10,815 bases of DNA from Candidatus Methylomirabilota bacterium (GTDB taxonomy: Bacteria > Methylomirabilota > Methylomirabilia > Rokubacteriales > CSP1-6). Position 1 is the stretch's first letter. Each line of letters begins with the position of its first letter. The stretch covers positions 1 to 10,815 of the forward strand of contig JBKPAK010000182.1 in assembly GCA_046726415.1 (NCBI GenBank), read 5' to 3'. The notes under the pieces were generated by a model. The model saw only the letters and a list, made by a program, of their open reading frames with translations, was not told the origin of the DNA and ran no database searches. The translations under genes and the position numbers were made by a program. Shown in pieces: positions 1 to 7,388 of the stretch.

Positions 1-78
1 CGCCACTTCGTTCAGGAGGACTCTCCCGCGGAGATCGGCCTGGCCATCGCCGGGTTTCTCCGCGATCTCCCGCGATGA
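1..78 (+). CDS. C-terminal fragment of a haloalkane dehalogenase (alpha/beta hydrolase, LinB/DhaA-like); 5' truncated by the window edge
   Basis: Frame 1 from base 1 reads RHFVQEDSPAEIGLAIAGFLRDLPR* (TGA 76-78). This closely matches the recalled LinB-type C-terminal motif HF(I/V)QEDSPxEIGxAIAxF that carries the catalytic His. Not in the ORF track. The stop overlaps the next start (ATGA 75-78). Confidence 0.85.
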   Translation, partial: RHFVQEDSPAEIGLAIAGFLRDLPR

Positions 79-458
79 CGTTGAAGGCCTCGAGGATGAC
101 CGCGACGGTCGCCGCCCTGCTGGTGGTGACGGGAGCCGCCCCGGCGCGGGCCCAGGAAGGGCAGATGTACGGCGCCGACCACTTTTTCGAGGTCGTCTGG
201 GAGCCGGTCGACCATGGTGGACGCCTGTCCATCGGAGGCTACGTGACGAACACCTACGGTCTCGAGGCGACGAGCGTCAGGCTCGTGGTCGAGAGCCTCG
301 ACGCCGGGGGCAAGGTGACGGCCAGGACCATCGGCTACGTGAACTACCCGATCCCGCCGTCGTCCCGGGGCTTCTTCGAGATCTTCGTGCCCGACCGGGC
401 CCCTGGTTACCGCGTATCTGTCTTCTCCTGGGACTGGCGGCGGAGCCCGTCGGGATAG
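75..458 (+). CDS. Small secreted/periplasmic hypothetical protein, predicted beta-rich (FxLYD-like domain)
   Basis: 127 aa ORF with ATGA overlap to the upstream gene. N-terminus is basic, then hydrophobic, then A-R-A|Q, consistent with a Sec signal peptide. The pattern 'IGGYVTN...SVRLVVESLDAGGKV...IPPSSRGFFEI' resembles FxLYD-type domains. Alternative start ATG at 96. Confidence 0.75.
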   Translation: MTLKASRMTATVAALLVVTGAAPARAQEGQMYGADHFFEVVWEPVDHGGRLSIGGYVTNTYGLEATSVRLVVESLDAGGKVTARTIGYVNYPIPPSSRGFFEIFVPDRAPGYRVSVFSWDWRRSPSG

Positions 459-496
459 TGCATGTCGCCGCCGCCCGGGCGCTGGCGGGGCCACCA

Positions 497-507
497 TGTG
501 CTAAAGT
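497..507 (+). promoter_or_regulatory. Candidate extended -10 promoter element (TGTG-c-TAAAGT) for the TCA operon
   Basis: TRTG motif followed by TAAAGT (502-507; 4/6 match to TATAAT with the key T, A and final T kept), in a rare AT-rich spot. No good -35 seen. Implied TSS is about 513-514. Confidence 0.35.
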
Positions 508-513
508 CTGCCT

Positions 514-550
514 GCATCATTCGCCTCCCACTGCTGGGAGGCGAATGTGC
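514..550 (+). promoter_or_regulatory. Strong stem-loop in the acn upstream region
   Basis: Perfect 13-bp inverted repeat CATTCGCCTCCCA (518-530), loop CTGC, TGGGAGGCGAATG (535-547). Extends by GCA/TGC past a bulged T517. No U-tract follows. Confidence 0.7.
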
Positions 551-725
551 GTCACGACCCCTTCGTCCGGCGAGGTCAGTGATGGCAGTCGGCACCGAGT
601 GGCCCCACCGCCCTGCAAGCGGCTGCCACATCGACGCCGTGGTGGGGCACGCGCGGCCCATGTAGCATAGGTGTGTTGTCAGCGGCCGCGTCCCCAGGCA
701 TCGCGCACCATCGCGGCAGATGGGC

Positions 726-777
726 AGGAGACCCCATGTCGATCCCGGAGACCGGGTAGGAGATCCCAATGTCGGTC
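726..777 (+). repeat. Imperfect direct repeat of the aconitase RBS+start region
   Basis: AGGAGA-CCCCATGTCGATC (726-744) versus AGGAGATCCCAATGTCGGTC (758-777): 17 of 20 aligned columns identical. Confidence 0.65.
736..759 (+). CDS. Putative 7-aa upstream mini-ORF (MSIPETG*), in frame with acn
   Basis: SD AGGAG at 726-730 and ATG at 736. TAG at 757-759 overlaps the acn SD (TAGGAG). Translation is inferred only. Confidence 0.4.
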   Translation: MSIPETG

Positions 778-3021
778 GAGCAGATCCAATCGCTCTATGC
801 GTCAATGGGCGAGCGCCTTGACCAGGCGCGGAAGCGCTTCGGCCGTGCGCTCACACTGTCCGAGAAGATCCTGGTGGCTCACTGTGAGAACCTCATGACG
901 CAGCCCTGGGAGCGCGGCAAGGCGACGCTCCGCCTCCGCGTGGACCGGGTCGGGTTGCAGGACGCCACCGCGCAGATGGCCCTCCTTCAGTTCATGCAGT
1001 CGGGCCGCGCGCGGGTGGCGGTCCCCTCCGCCGTCCACTGCGATCATCTCATCCGGGCGGAGTCCGGCGCGGCGGCTGACCTGGAGCGGGCCATCAGCGA
1101 GAACCAGGAGGTCTATGACTTCCTGCGCTCAGTCGCGCGGAAGCACGGCATCGAATTCTGGAAGCCGGGCGCGGGAATCATCCACCAGGTGACGCTCGAG
1201 AACTACGCGTTCCCGGGCGGTCTCATGATCGGCGCTGACTCCCACACCCCGAACGGGGGCGGCCTGGGCATGCTGGCCATCGGTGTCGGCGGCGTCGACT
1301 GCGGCGAGGTCATGGCCGGTCTGCCTTGGGAGGTGCTCCACCCGAGGCTCATCGGCGTGCACCTGAAGGGAAAGCTGAGCGGGTGGACCGCGCCCAAGGA
1401 CGTGATCACGTATCTGTGCACGCTCCTCACCGTGAAGGGCGGCACCAACAAGGTCATCGAGTACTTCGGCCCCGGCGCGGAGTCCATCAGCGCCACTGGG
1501 AAGGGAACCATCTGCAACATGGGGGCTGAGCTGGGGGCCACCACGTCCATCTTTCCCTTCGACTCGCGCATGGCGACCTACCTGCGCGCCACCGAGAGAG
1601 CCGACAGCGCCGCGCTCGCCGAGCAGTATCGAGAGCACCTGGTGGCCGATCCCGAGGCGGAAGCCAACCCGAAGGCCTTCTACGACGAGGTCGTCGAAAT
1701 CGACCTGGACGGGCTGGAGCCCCAGGTGGTGGGACCGCACTCGCCCGATCTGGGGCGTCCCATCAGCCGGCTGGCGGCCGATGCGCGGGCCAACCGCTGG
1801 CCGCCGAAGATCACAAACGCCCTCATCGGCTCCTGCACCAACTCCTCGTATGAAGACATGCGGAGGGCGGCCCACATCGCCATGCAAGCGATCAAGGTGG
1901 GACTGCGCGCAAAGGTGCCCTTCCTCATCACGCCGGGATCCGAGCGCGTGTACCAGACGATCAAGCGCGACGGTCTCATCGAGACCTTCGAACGGATCGG
2001 GGGCACCGTCCTGGCCAATGCGTGCGGGCCTTGCATCGGGCAGTGGAGGCGCTCGGACATCAAGCCCGGGGAGACGAACACCATCGTGTCGTCCTTCAAC
2101 CGCAATTTCCCGGGCCGCAACGACGGGAACAGCGCAACGCTCTCCTTCATCAGCAGCCCCGATATCGTGACGGCGCTCGCGCTGGCCGGCACCTTGGAGT
2201 TCGATCCGGTACACGGTACGCTGCCTGGCCCGGACGGGAAGCCGGTCCGCCTCACCGCCCCGGAGGGCGAGGAGCTTCCGCGCCAGGGATTCGCGCGGGG
2301 GGTCGAGGGCTACGAAGCGCCGCCGGCAGATGGCAGCGCCGTCCAGGTCATCGTGCGCCCCGACAGCGAGCGGCTGCAGCTCCTGGCGCCGTTCGCGCCG
2401 TGGGACGGCCAGGATTTCATCGACCTTCCGATCCTCGTCAAGACCAAGGGCAAGACGACCACCGATCACATCTCACCAGCCGGCCCCTGGCTCCGCTATC
2501 GCGGGCATCTCGACCGGATCAGCGACAACATGTTCCTGGGTGCGGTGAACGCGTTCAGCGGAGAGACGGGCAAGGGCGCGAATCCCATCACCGGCGAGGG
2601 AGGTCAGCCGTTCGCCAAGATCGCCCGCGACCTGAAGGCCCGCGGCGTCCGCTGGATGGCCATCGGCGACGAGAACTACGGCGAGGGGTCGAGTCGGGAG
2701 CACGCCGCGATGTCGCCGCGCTATCTGAACGCCGTCGTCGTGCTGGTGCGGAGCTTCGCGCGCATCCACGAGACGAATCTCAAGAAGCAGGGAATCCTCC
2801 CGCTGACCTTCAACGATCCCGCCGACTACGACCGCCTCGAGCAGAGCGATCGCGTGAGCGTGGTCGATCTCGCCGGACTGGCGCCGGGCCAGCCGGTCAC
2901 CCTGCGGATCAAGAAGGTCGACGGACGCGTGCAGGAGATCCAGGCCAAGCACACCCTCACCGATGAGCAGATCGCGTGGTTCAAGGCGGGCTCCGCCCTC
3001 AACGCCGCCCAGAAGCACTGA
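769..3021 (+). CDS. acn: Aconitate hydratase, mitochondrial-type (AcnM/ACO2-like) [4Fe-4S]
   Basis: 750 aa. Motifs [29 protein letters not shown], Fe-S ligands in [11 protein letters not shown] and [70 protein letters not shown] at 758-762. Confidence 0.97.
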   Translation: MSVEQIQSLYASMGERLDQARKRFGRALTLSEKILVAHCENLMTQPWERGKATLRLRVDRVGLQDATAQMALLQFMQSGRARVAVPSAVHCDHLIRAESGAAADLERAISENQEVYDFLRSVARKHGIEFWKPGAGIIHQVTLENYAFPGGLMIGADSHTPNGGGLGMLAIGVGGVDCGEVMAGLPWEVLHPRLIGVHLKGKLSGWTAPKDVITYLCTLLTVKGGTNKVIEYFGPGAESISATGKGTICNMGAELGATTSIFPFDSRMATYLRATERADSAALAEQYREHLVADPEAEANPKAFYDEVVEIDLDGLEPQVVGPHSPDLGRPISRLAADARANRWPPKITNALIGSCTNSSYEDMRRAAHIAMQAIKVGLRAKVPFLITPGSERVYQTIKRDGLIETFERIGGTVLANACGPCIGQWRRSDIKPGETNTIVSSFNRNFPGRNDGNSATLSFISSPDIVTALALAGTLEFDPVHGTLPGPDGKPVRLTAPEGEELPRQGFARGVEGYEAPPADGSAVQVIVRPDSERLQLLAPFAPWDGQDFIDLPILVKTKGKTTTDHISPAGPWLRYRGHLDRISDNMFLGAVNAFSGETGKGANPITGEGGQPFAKIARDLKARGVRWMAIGDENYGEGSSREHAAMSPRYLNAVVVLVRSFARIHETNLKKQGILPLTFNDPADYDRLEQSDRVSVVDLAGLAPGQPVTLRIKKVDGRVQEIQAKHTLTDEQIAWFKAGSALNAAQKH

Positions 3022-3037
3022 CGAGGAGAGATCCACT

Positions 3038-4300
3038 ATGGCAGGCAAAGTGAAGATCCCCGCGGGTGAGAAAGTCACCATCGACCACGGCAAGCTGCGC
3101 GTGCCGGACCATCCGATCATCGCCTTCATCGAGGGCGACGGGATCGGGCCGGACATCTGGCGGGCGTCCGTCCGGGTGCTGGATGCCGCGGTCAAGCTGG
3201 CCTATGGCGGCCGCAAGAAGATCGCGTGGGCCGAGGTCTACGCAGGCGAGAAGGCTCAGGCCGTCTACGGCAAGGATTGCCCACCCAACCTGCTGCCGCC
3301 CGAGACGCTCGACGTCATCCGGGAGTACCTGGTGGCCATCAAGGGGCCACTCACCACGCCCGTCGGCGAGGGCTTCCGTTCGCTCAACGTCACCTTGCGC
3401 CAGGAACTCGATCTCTACGTGTGCCTCCGTCCCGTTCGCTGGTACCAGGGCGTCCCATCGCCCGTCAAGCGGCCGGAGAAGGTCGATATGGTCATCTTCC
3501 GCGAGAATACGGAGGATATCTACGCCGGCATCGAGTGGGAGCAGGGGACGCCCGAGGTGCGGAAGGTCGTCGACTTCCTCCAGAAGGAGATGGGCGTCAA
3601 GAAGATCCGCTTCCCCGATACGTCGTCCATCGGGATCAAGCCGGTGTCCAAGGAGGGGTCGGAGCGGCTGATTCGCGCGGCCATCCGCTACGCCATCGAA
3701 AACAGCCGGCGCAACGTCACCCTTGTCCACAAGGGGAACATCCAGAAGTACACCGAAGGGATGTTCATGAAGTGGGGCTACGCCCTCGCCAAGCGGGAAT
3801 TTGGCGACAAGACCGTCAGCTGGGACGACTGCGGCGGCAAGCCGCCAGCCGGCAAGATCCTCATCAAGGACGCCATTACCGACGCCTTCTTGCAGCAGAT
3901 CCTCACGCGGCCCGACGAGTTCGACGTGATCCCGTCCTGCAATCTGACGGGCGATCTCATCTCCGACGCCCTGGCCGCCCAGGTGGGCGGCATCGGCATC
4001 GCCCCGGGCGCCAACATCAACTACGAGAGCGGGCACGCCCTCTTCGAGGCCACCCACGGCACGGCGCCCAAGTACGCGGGACAGGACAAGGTCAATCCAG
4101 GCTCGGTGATCCTCTCCGGCGAGATGATGCTGCGCTACATGGGCTGGACCGACGCCGCCGACCGCATCGTGGGCGGCCTGGAGAAGACCATCCAGTCGAA
4201 GGTGGTCACCTACGACTTGGCCCGCCTGATGGAAGGCGCTAAGGAAGTGAAGTGCTCGGAGTTCGGCACCGCCATCATCGAGAACATGGCGAGGCTCTAG
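3038..4300 (+). CDS. icd: Isocitrate dehydrogenase, homodimeric prokaryotic type, probably NADP-dependent
   Basis: Start corrected from 2963 to ATG 3038 (SD GAGGAG at 3023-3028), giving 420 aa. Motifs [52 protein letters not shown] and VTYDLAR carry the Lys-Tyr and Tyr/Arg NADP determinants of E. coli-type IDH. Confidence 0.97.
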   Translation: MAGKVKIPAGEKVTIDHGKLRVPDHPIIAFIEGDGIGPDIWRASVRVLDAAVKLAYGGRKKIAWAEVYAGEKAQAVYGKDCPPNLLPPETLDVIREYLVAIKGPLTTPVGEGFRSLNVTLRQELDLYVCLRPVRWYQGVPSPVKRPEKVDMVIFRENTEDIYAGIEWEQGTPEVRKVVDFLQKEMGVKKIRFPDTSSIGIKPVSKEGSERLIRAAIRYAIENSRRNVTLVHKGNIQKYTEGMFMKWGYALAKREFGDKTVSWDDCGGKPPAGKILIKDAITDAFLQQILTRPDEFDVIPSCNLTGDLISDALAAQVGGIGIAPGANINYESGHALFEATHGTAPKYAGQDKVNPGSVILSGEMMLRYMGWTDAADRIVGGLEKTIQSKVVTYDLARLMEGAKEVKCSEFGTAIIENMARL

Positions 4301-4303
4301 GAC

Positions 4304-5272
4304 ATGCCGGGCGAGAAGGCCGACGGCCTGACGCTGACGCGTCCTCGGCCGAAGATCAGCGTGATCGGCGCCGGCAACGTGGGCGCCACCGCTGCCCAGT
4401 ATGCCGTGGAGAAGGAGTTGGGCGACGTCGTTCTCGTCGACGTCATCGAGGGAATTCCCCAGGGCAAGGCCCTCGATCTCGCCCAGGCGGGGCCCGTGCA
4501 CGGATACGACTCGATCCTGGTCGGCAGCAACGGCTACGACGAGACCGCGAATTCCGACGTGGTGGTGATCACCGCGGGGATGGCCCGCAAGCCGGGAATG
4601 AGCCGCGACGACCTGCTCTTCAAAAACGCGGAGATCGTGGGCAGCGTGGTGGATCAGGTCGTCGAGCGGTCGCCCCGCGCCATTCTGGTGCTGGTGACCA
4701 ATCCGCTCGATGCCATGGTCCAGCTCGCCTGGAGGCGCTCGGGGTTTCCGCCGGAGCGGGTGATCGGCATGGCCGGCGTTCTCGATTCCGCGCGCTTCCG
4801 GACCTTCATCGCTCGCGAGCTCAATGTCTCCGTGGAGAACGTGACGGCCTTTGTCCTGGGCGGTCACGGGGACACCATGGTGCCGCTCCCCCGCTACTCC
4901 ACGGTGGCGGGGATTCCCATCACGGAGCTGCTTTCCAAAGAGAGGATCGACGCCCTCGTGACGCGCACCGCCAACGGCGGCGCGGAGATCGTCAACTTCC
5001 TCAAGACGGGCAGCGCGTACTATGCGCCGGCGGCGTCGGCCATCGAGATGGTCGAGACCATCCTGAAGGACAAGAAGAAAATCCTGCCCTGCGCCGCCTA
5101 CCTCGACGGTCAGTACGGCGTGAAGGGTCTCTACGTCGGCGTGCCCGTGAAGCTGGGCCGCCAGGGCGCCGAACAGGTGATCGAGATTGCGCTCACTCCG
5201 GACGAACAGGCCGCGTTCAATCACTCGGCGGCGACCGTCCGCGAGCTGGTCGAGAAACTCAAGCTGTCGTAG
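4304..5272 (+). CDS. mdh: Malate dehydrogenase (NAD, LDH-like tetrameric family)
   Basis: GAGNVG Rossmann motif, LVDV acidic NAD determinant, [15 protein letters not shown] (Arg specificity loop indicates MDH rather than LDH), [30 protein letters not shown] at 4291-4294. Short N-terminal extension. Confidence 0.96.
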   Translation: MPGEKADGLTLTRPRPKISVIGAGNVGATAAQYAVEKELGDVVLVDVIEGIPQGKALDLAQAGPVHGYDSILVGSNGYDETANSDVVVITAGMARKPGMSRDDLLFKNAEIVGSVVDQVVERSPRAILVLVTNPLDAMVQLAWRRSGFPPERVIGMAGVLDSARFRTFIARELNVSVENVTAFVLGGHGDTMVPLPRYSTVAGIPITELLSKERIDALVTRTANGGAEIVNFLKTGSAYYAPAASAIEMVETILKDKKKILPCAAYLDGQYGVKGLYVGVPVKLGRQGAEQVIEIALTPDEQAAFNHSAATVRELVEKLKLS

Positions 5273-5284
5273 GGGGACCACATC

Positions 5285-5764
5285 ATGGCCAAACCGATTC
5301 CCGATGGTTATCGGACGATTACTCCGGCGCTGGTCGTGCGCGACGGCCCGGCCGCCATCGAGTTCTACAAGCGGGCCTTCGGCGCCGACGAGCGGTTTCG
5401 GATGCCGGGCCCGGACGGCAAATCGATCATGCATGCCGAGCTGCAGATCGGCGACTCGCGGTTCATGCTGAGCGAGGAGGCTCCCGACATGGGCTGTCGG
5501 GCGCCGGCCTCGGTTGGCGGATCGAGCGGCTCGTTCTATCTCTACGTCGAGGATGCCGACGCGGCCTTCAAGCGCGCCGTCGGCGCGGGCGCGAAAGTGT
5601 TGATGCCGGTAGCGGACATGTTCTGGGACGATCGGTTTGGGCAGGTCGAGGATCCCTCCGGCCACCGGTGGGGCCTGGCCACCCACAAGGAGGATCTCGA
5701 GCCGGCGGAGATCGAGCGGCGCCAGAAAGCCTGGCGGGCCTCCATGAGCCAGGGGAAGAAGTAA
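5285..5764 (+). CDS. VOC / glyoxalase / PhnB-like family protein
   Basis: 159 aa with the pattern KPIPDGYxTITP..AAIEFYKRAFGA..IMHAELQIGDS..LYVEDAD..DMFWxDR.G.VEDP.GH.W. SD-like GGGGGA at 5272-5277. Confidence 0.9.
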   Translation: MAKPIPDGYRTITPALVVRDGPAAIEFYKRAFGADERFRMPGPDGKSIMHAELQIGDSRFMLSEEAPDMGCRAPASVGGSSGSFYLYVEDADAAFKRAVGAGAKVLMPVADMFWDDRFGQVEDPSGHRWGLATHKEDLEPAEIERRQKAWRASMSQGKK

Positions 5765-5771
5765 GACCGGC

Positions 5772-6614
5772 ATGCGCGACATCCACATCAGCACCATCAC
5801 CGATGCGGTGAAGAAGCTCTGCATGGAGGCGAACTGGAACCTCGAGCCCGACATGCTGCGCGCCTTTGACCGGGCGCTCGGGACGGAGCGTTCGCCGGCG
5901 GGGCGTCAGGTACTGCAGATTCTCAAGCAGAACGCCGAGCTCGCCCGGACCAAGCGGATTCCCTACTGCCAGGATACGGGCGTGGTGGTGATGTTCGTGG
6001 AGTTGGGCCAAGACGTGCACGTGACGGGCGGTGCCTTCGGCGACGCGCTCAACGAGGGGGTGCGCCAGGGGTACGCCGAAGGCTATCTGCGCGCGTCCAT
6101 CGTGCGCTCGCCCTTCGACCGCGTGAACACCGGCGACAACACGCCGGCGGTGATCCACGTGGATGTCGTCGCCGGCGCGCTGCTCAAGATCATGATCATG
6201 GCGAAGGGCGGGGGCTGCGAGAACCGCTCCAAGTTCAAGATGCTGACCCCGGCCGAGGGTCTCGACGGCGTGAAGAACTGGATCATCGAGTGCGTGCGAA
6301 CGGCGGGCCCGGACGCCTGTCCACCCCTCGTGGTAGGCGTCGGCGTGGGCGGCACCTTCGAGAAGGCGGCCCTGCTCTCCAAGAAGGCGCTCTTTCGCGA
6401 GTTGGGCTCGCCCCACCCCGATCCGGCCCTCGATGCGCTCGAGAGGGAGCTGTTGGACCAGGCGAACCGCCTGGGCATCGGCCCCCAGGGTTACGGTGGC
6501 GATACCACCGCGTTCGGCATCCACATCTTGACCTACCCCTGCCACATCACCTCGCTCCCCGTGGCGGTGACCATCGAGTGTCACGCCCACCGGCACAAAG
6601 AGGTCACGCTGTGA
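5772..6614 (+). CDS. fumA: Class I Fe-S fumarate hydratase, two-subunit type, alpha subunit (Fe-S hydro-lyase, TtdA-like family)
   Basis: 280 aa. CQDTG, GYLRASIV, NTGDNTPAVIH, KGGGCEN, ACPP..VGVGVGG, LGIGPQG.GG, PCHI.SLPVAV..ECHAHRH, with three Fe-S Cys. TCA context favours fumarase over tartrate dehydratase. Confidence 0.9.
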   Translation: MRDIHISTITDAVKKLCMEANWNLEPDMLRAFDRALGTERSPAGRQVLQILKQNAELARTKRIPYCQDTGVVVMFVELGQDVHVTGGAFGDALNEGVRQGYAEGYLRASIVRSPFDRVNTGDNTPAVIHVDVVAGALLKIMIMAKGGGCENRSKFKMLTPAEGLDGVKNWIIECVRTAGPDACPPLVVGVGVGGTFEKAALLSKKALFRELGSPHPDPALDALERELLDQANRLGIGPQGYGGDTTAFGIHILTYPCHITSLPVAVTIECHAHRHKEVTL

Positions 6615-6638
6615 GCGGGCTCGACGGCATCGCGCGCA

Positions 6639-6781
6639 TCGGGCGCTCGGGGTGGGGAGGGGTGCGACGACCACGGGCTCTGGCGCCCTGCCTGCCGCTG
6701 ACGGGTTCCCGACGAGCCGTGGCGCGCCGTGCTTGTCGGCGCGAACGGGTCGTCGCACCCCTCCCCACGCCGACCGCCCGA
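6639..6781. repeat. 143-bp palindromic element with 34-bp terminal inverted arms (MITE/REP-like or structured RNA)
   Basis: 6639-6672 is the reverse complement of 6748-6781 with 2 mismatches. It includes a perfect 21-bp core: GTGGGGAGGGGTGCGACGACC (6652-6672) / GGTCGTCGCACCCCTCCCCAC (6748-6768). Confidence 0.88.
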
Positions 6782-6790
6782 AACACTCGG

Positions 6791-6814
6791 GCCTTGGGAG
6801 CTCGCTCCCATGGT
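6791..6814 (+). promoter_or_regulatory. Hairpin sequestering the SD and start codon of the fumarase beta gene
   Basis: TGGGAG (6795-6800), loop CTCG, CTCCCA (6805-6810). Extends past a T/T mismatch by GCC/GGT. The A at 6810 is the first base of the ATG. Confidence 0.55.
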
Positions 6815-7388
6815 TAGGACCGCGGAGGACGGGACCAAGGAGGTCAAGCCGCCGCTCAGCGACGCGGATGTCGAATCACTGCTGGCGGGAGATCGCGTGC
6901 GCATCACCGGGGTGATCTACACTGCGCGCGATGCTGCGCATGGACGGCTCATGCCCCTCATCGAGCGCGGCGCGACCTTGCCGATCGATGTGCGCGGTCA
7001 GATCATCTACTACACCGGCCCCTCGCCCGCGCGGCCCGGCGATGTCGTGGGCTCGATCGGCCCCACCACCGGCGGACGGATGGACACGTTCACGCCGGCC
7101 CTGGTCCGGCTCGGTCTCAAGGGGACCATCGGCAAGGGTGCTCGCTCGCAGCCCGTCAAAGACGCCTTCGCGCAGTACAAGGCCGTGTACTTCGGTGCCA
7201 TTGGCGGCGCCGGAGCCGTGCTCTCGCAGTTCGTCAAGAAGCTCGAGATCGTGGCCTACGCCGATCTCGGCACCGAAGCCATCCGCCGGCTCGAGGTCGA
7301 GAACTTCCCGGCCATCGTGGTCAACGACTGTCACGGCGGCGACCTCTACCAGGACGGCGTCAAGCGGTACGCTCGGGAGGCCTCATGA
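6810..7388 (+). CDS. fumB: Class I Fe-S fumarate hydratase, two-subunit type, beta subunit (TtdB-like family)
   Basis: Start corrected from 6729 to ATG 6810 (SD GGGAG at 6796-6800), giving 192 aa. Motifs L.AGD.V..TG.IYTARDAAH, IYYTGP, GPTT..RMD, IGKG, GGAG, DLG.EAI, FPAIV.ND.HGGDLY. Confidence 0.9.
   Translation: MVRTAEDGTKEVKPPLSDADVESLLAGDRVRITGVIYTARDAAHGRLMPLIERGATLPIDVRGQIIYYTGPSPARPGDVVGSIGPTTGGRMDTFTPALVRLGLKGTIGKGARSQPVKDAFAQYKAVYFGAIGGAGAVLSQFVKKLEIVAYADLGTEAIRRLEVENFPAIVVNDCHGGDLYQDGVKRYAREAS

Noticed and set aside
466..487. GC hairpin just after the secreted-protein stop as an intrinsic terminator
   Set aside because: Imperfect stem and no U-tract.
528..583. Iron-responsive-element-like CAGTG (plus strand 578-582; minus strand across the 531-534 loop)
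   Set aside because: Neither copy sits as a 6-nt loop on a 5-bp stem with a bulged C, so it does not fit the IRE consensus.
585..632. Faint resemblance to a cobalamin riboswitch (CCC..CTGCAAGCGG..GCCAC) and a 10-nt match (GGCACCGAGT, 591-600) to the SpCas9 tracrRNA tail
   Set aside because: The AGGGAA and B12-box elements are absent, and no cas genes or array are present. Short chance matches.
458..898. Short ORFs in the acn upstream region (458-670, 462-665, 671-898, 407-805 minus)
   Set aside because: No recognisable domains, atypical composition and no convincing RBS at the listed starts. Only the internal ATG 545 is kept as a low-confidence finding.
2963..3037. ORF-track N-terminal extensions of icd (2963), fumarase beta (6729) and sdhB (9836)
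   Set aside because: They overlap upstream genes or the palindrome and look non-homologous. Better starts with an SD or stop/start overlap exist at 3038, 6810 and 10031.
2999..5854. 951-aa minus-strand ORF
   Set aside because: Antisense shadow of icd, mdh and the VOC gene, which share one frame. GC-rich codon bias removes stops on the opposite strand, and no recognisable motifs are present.
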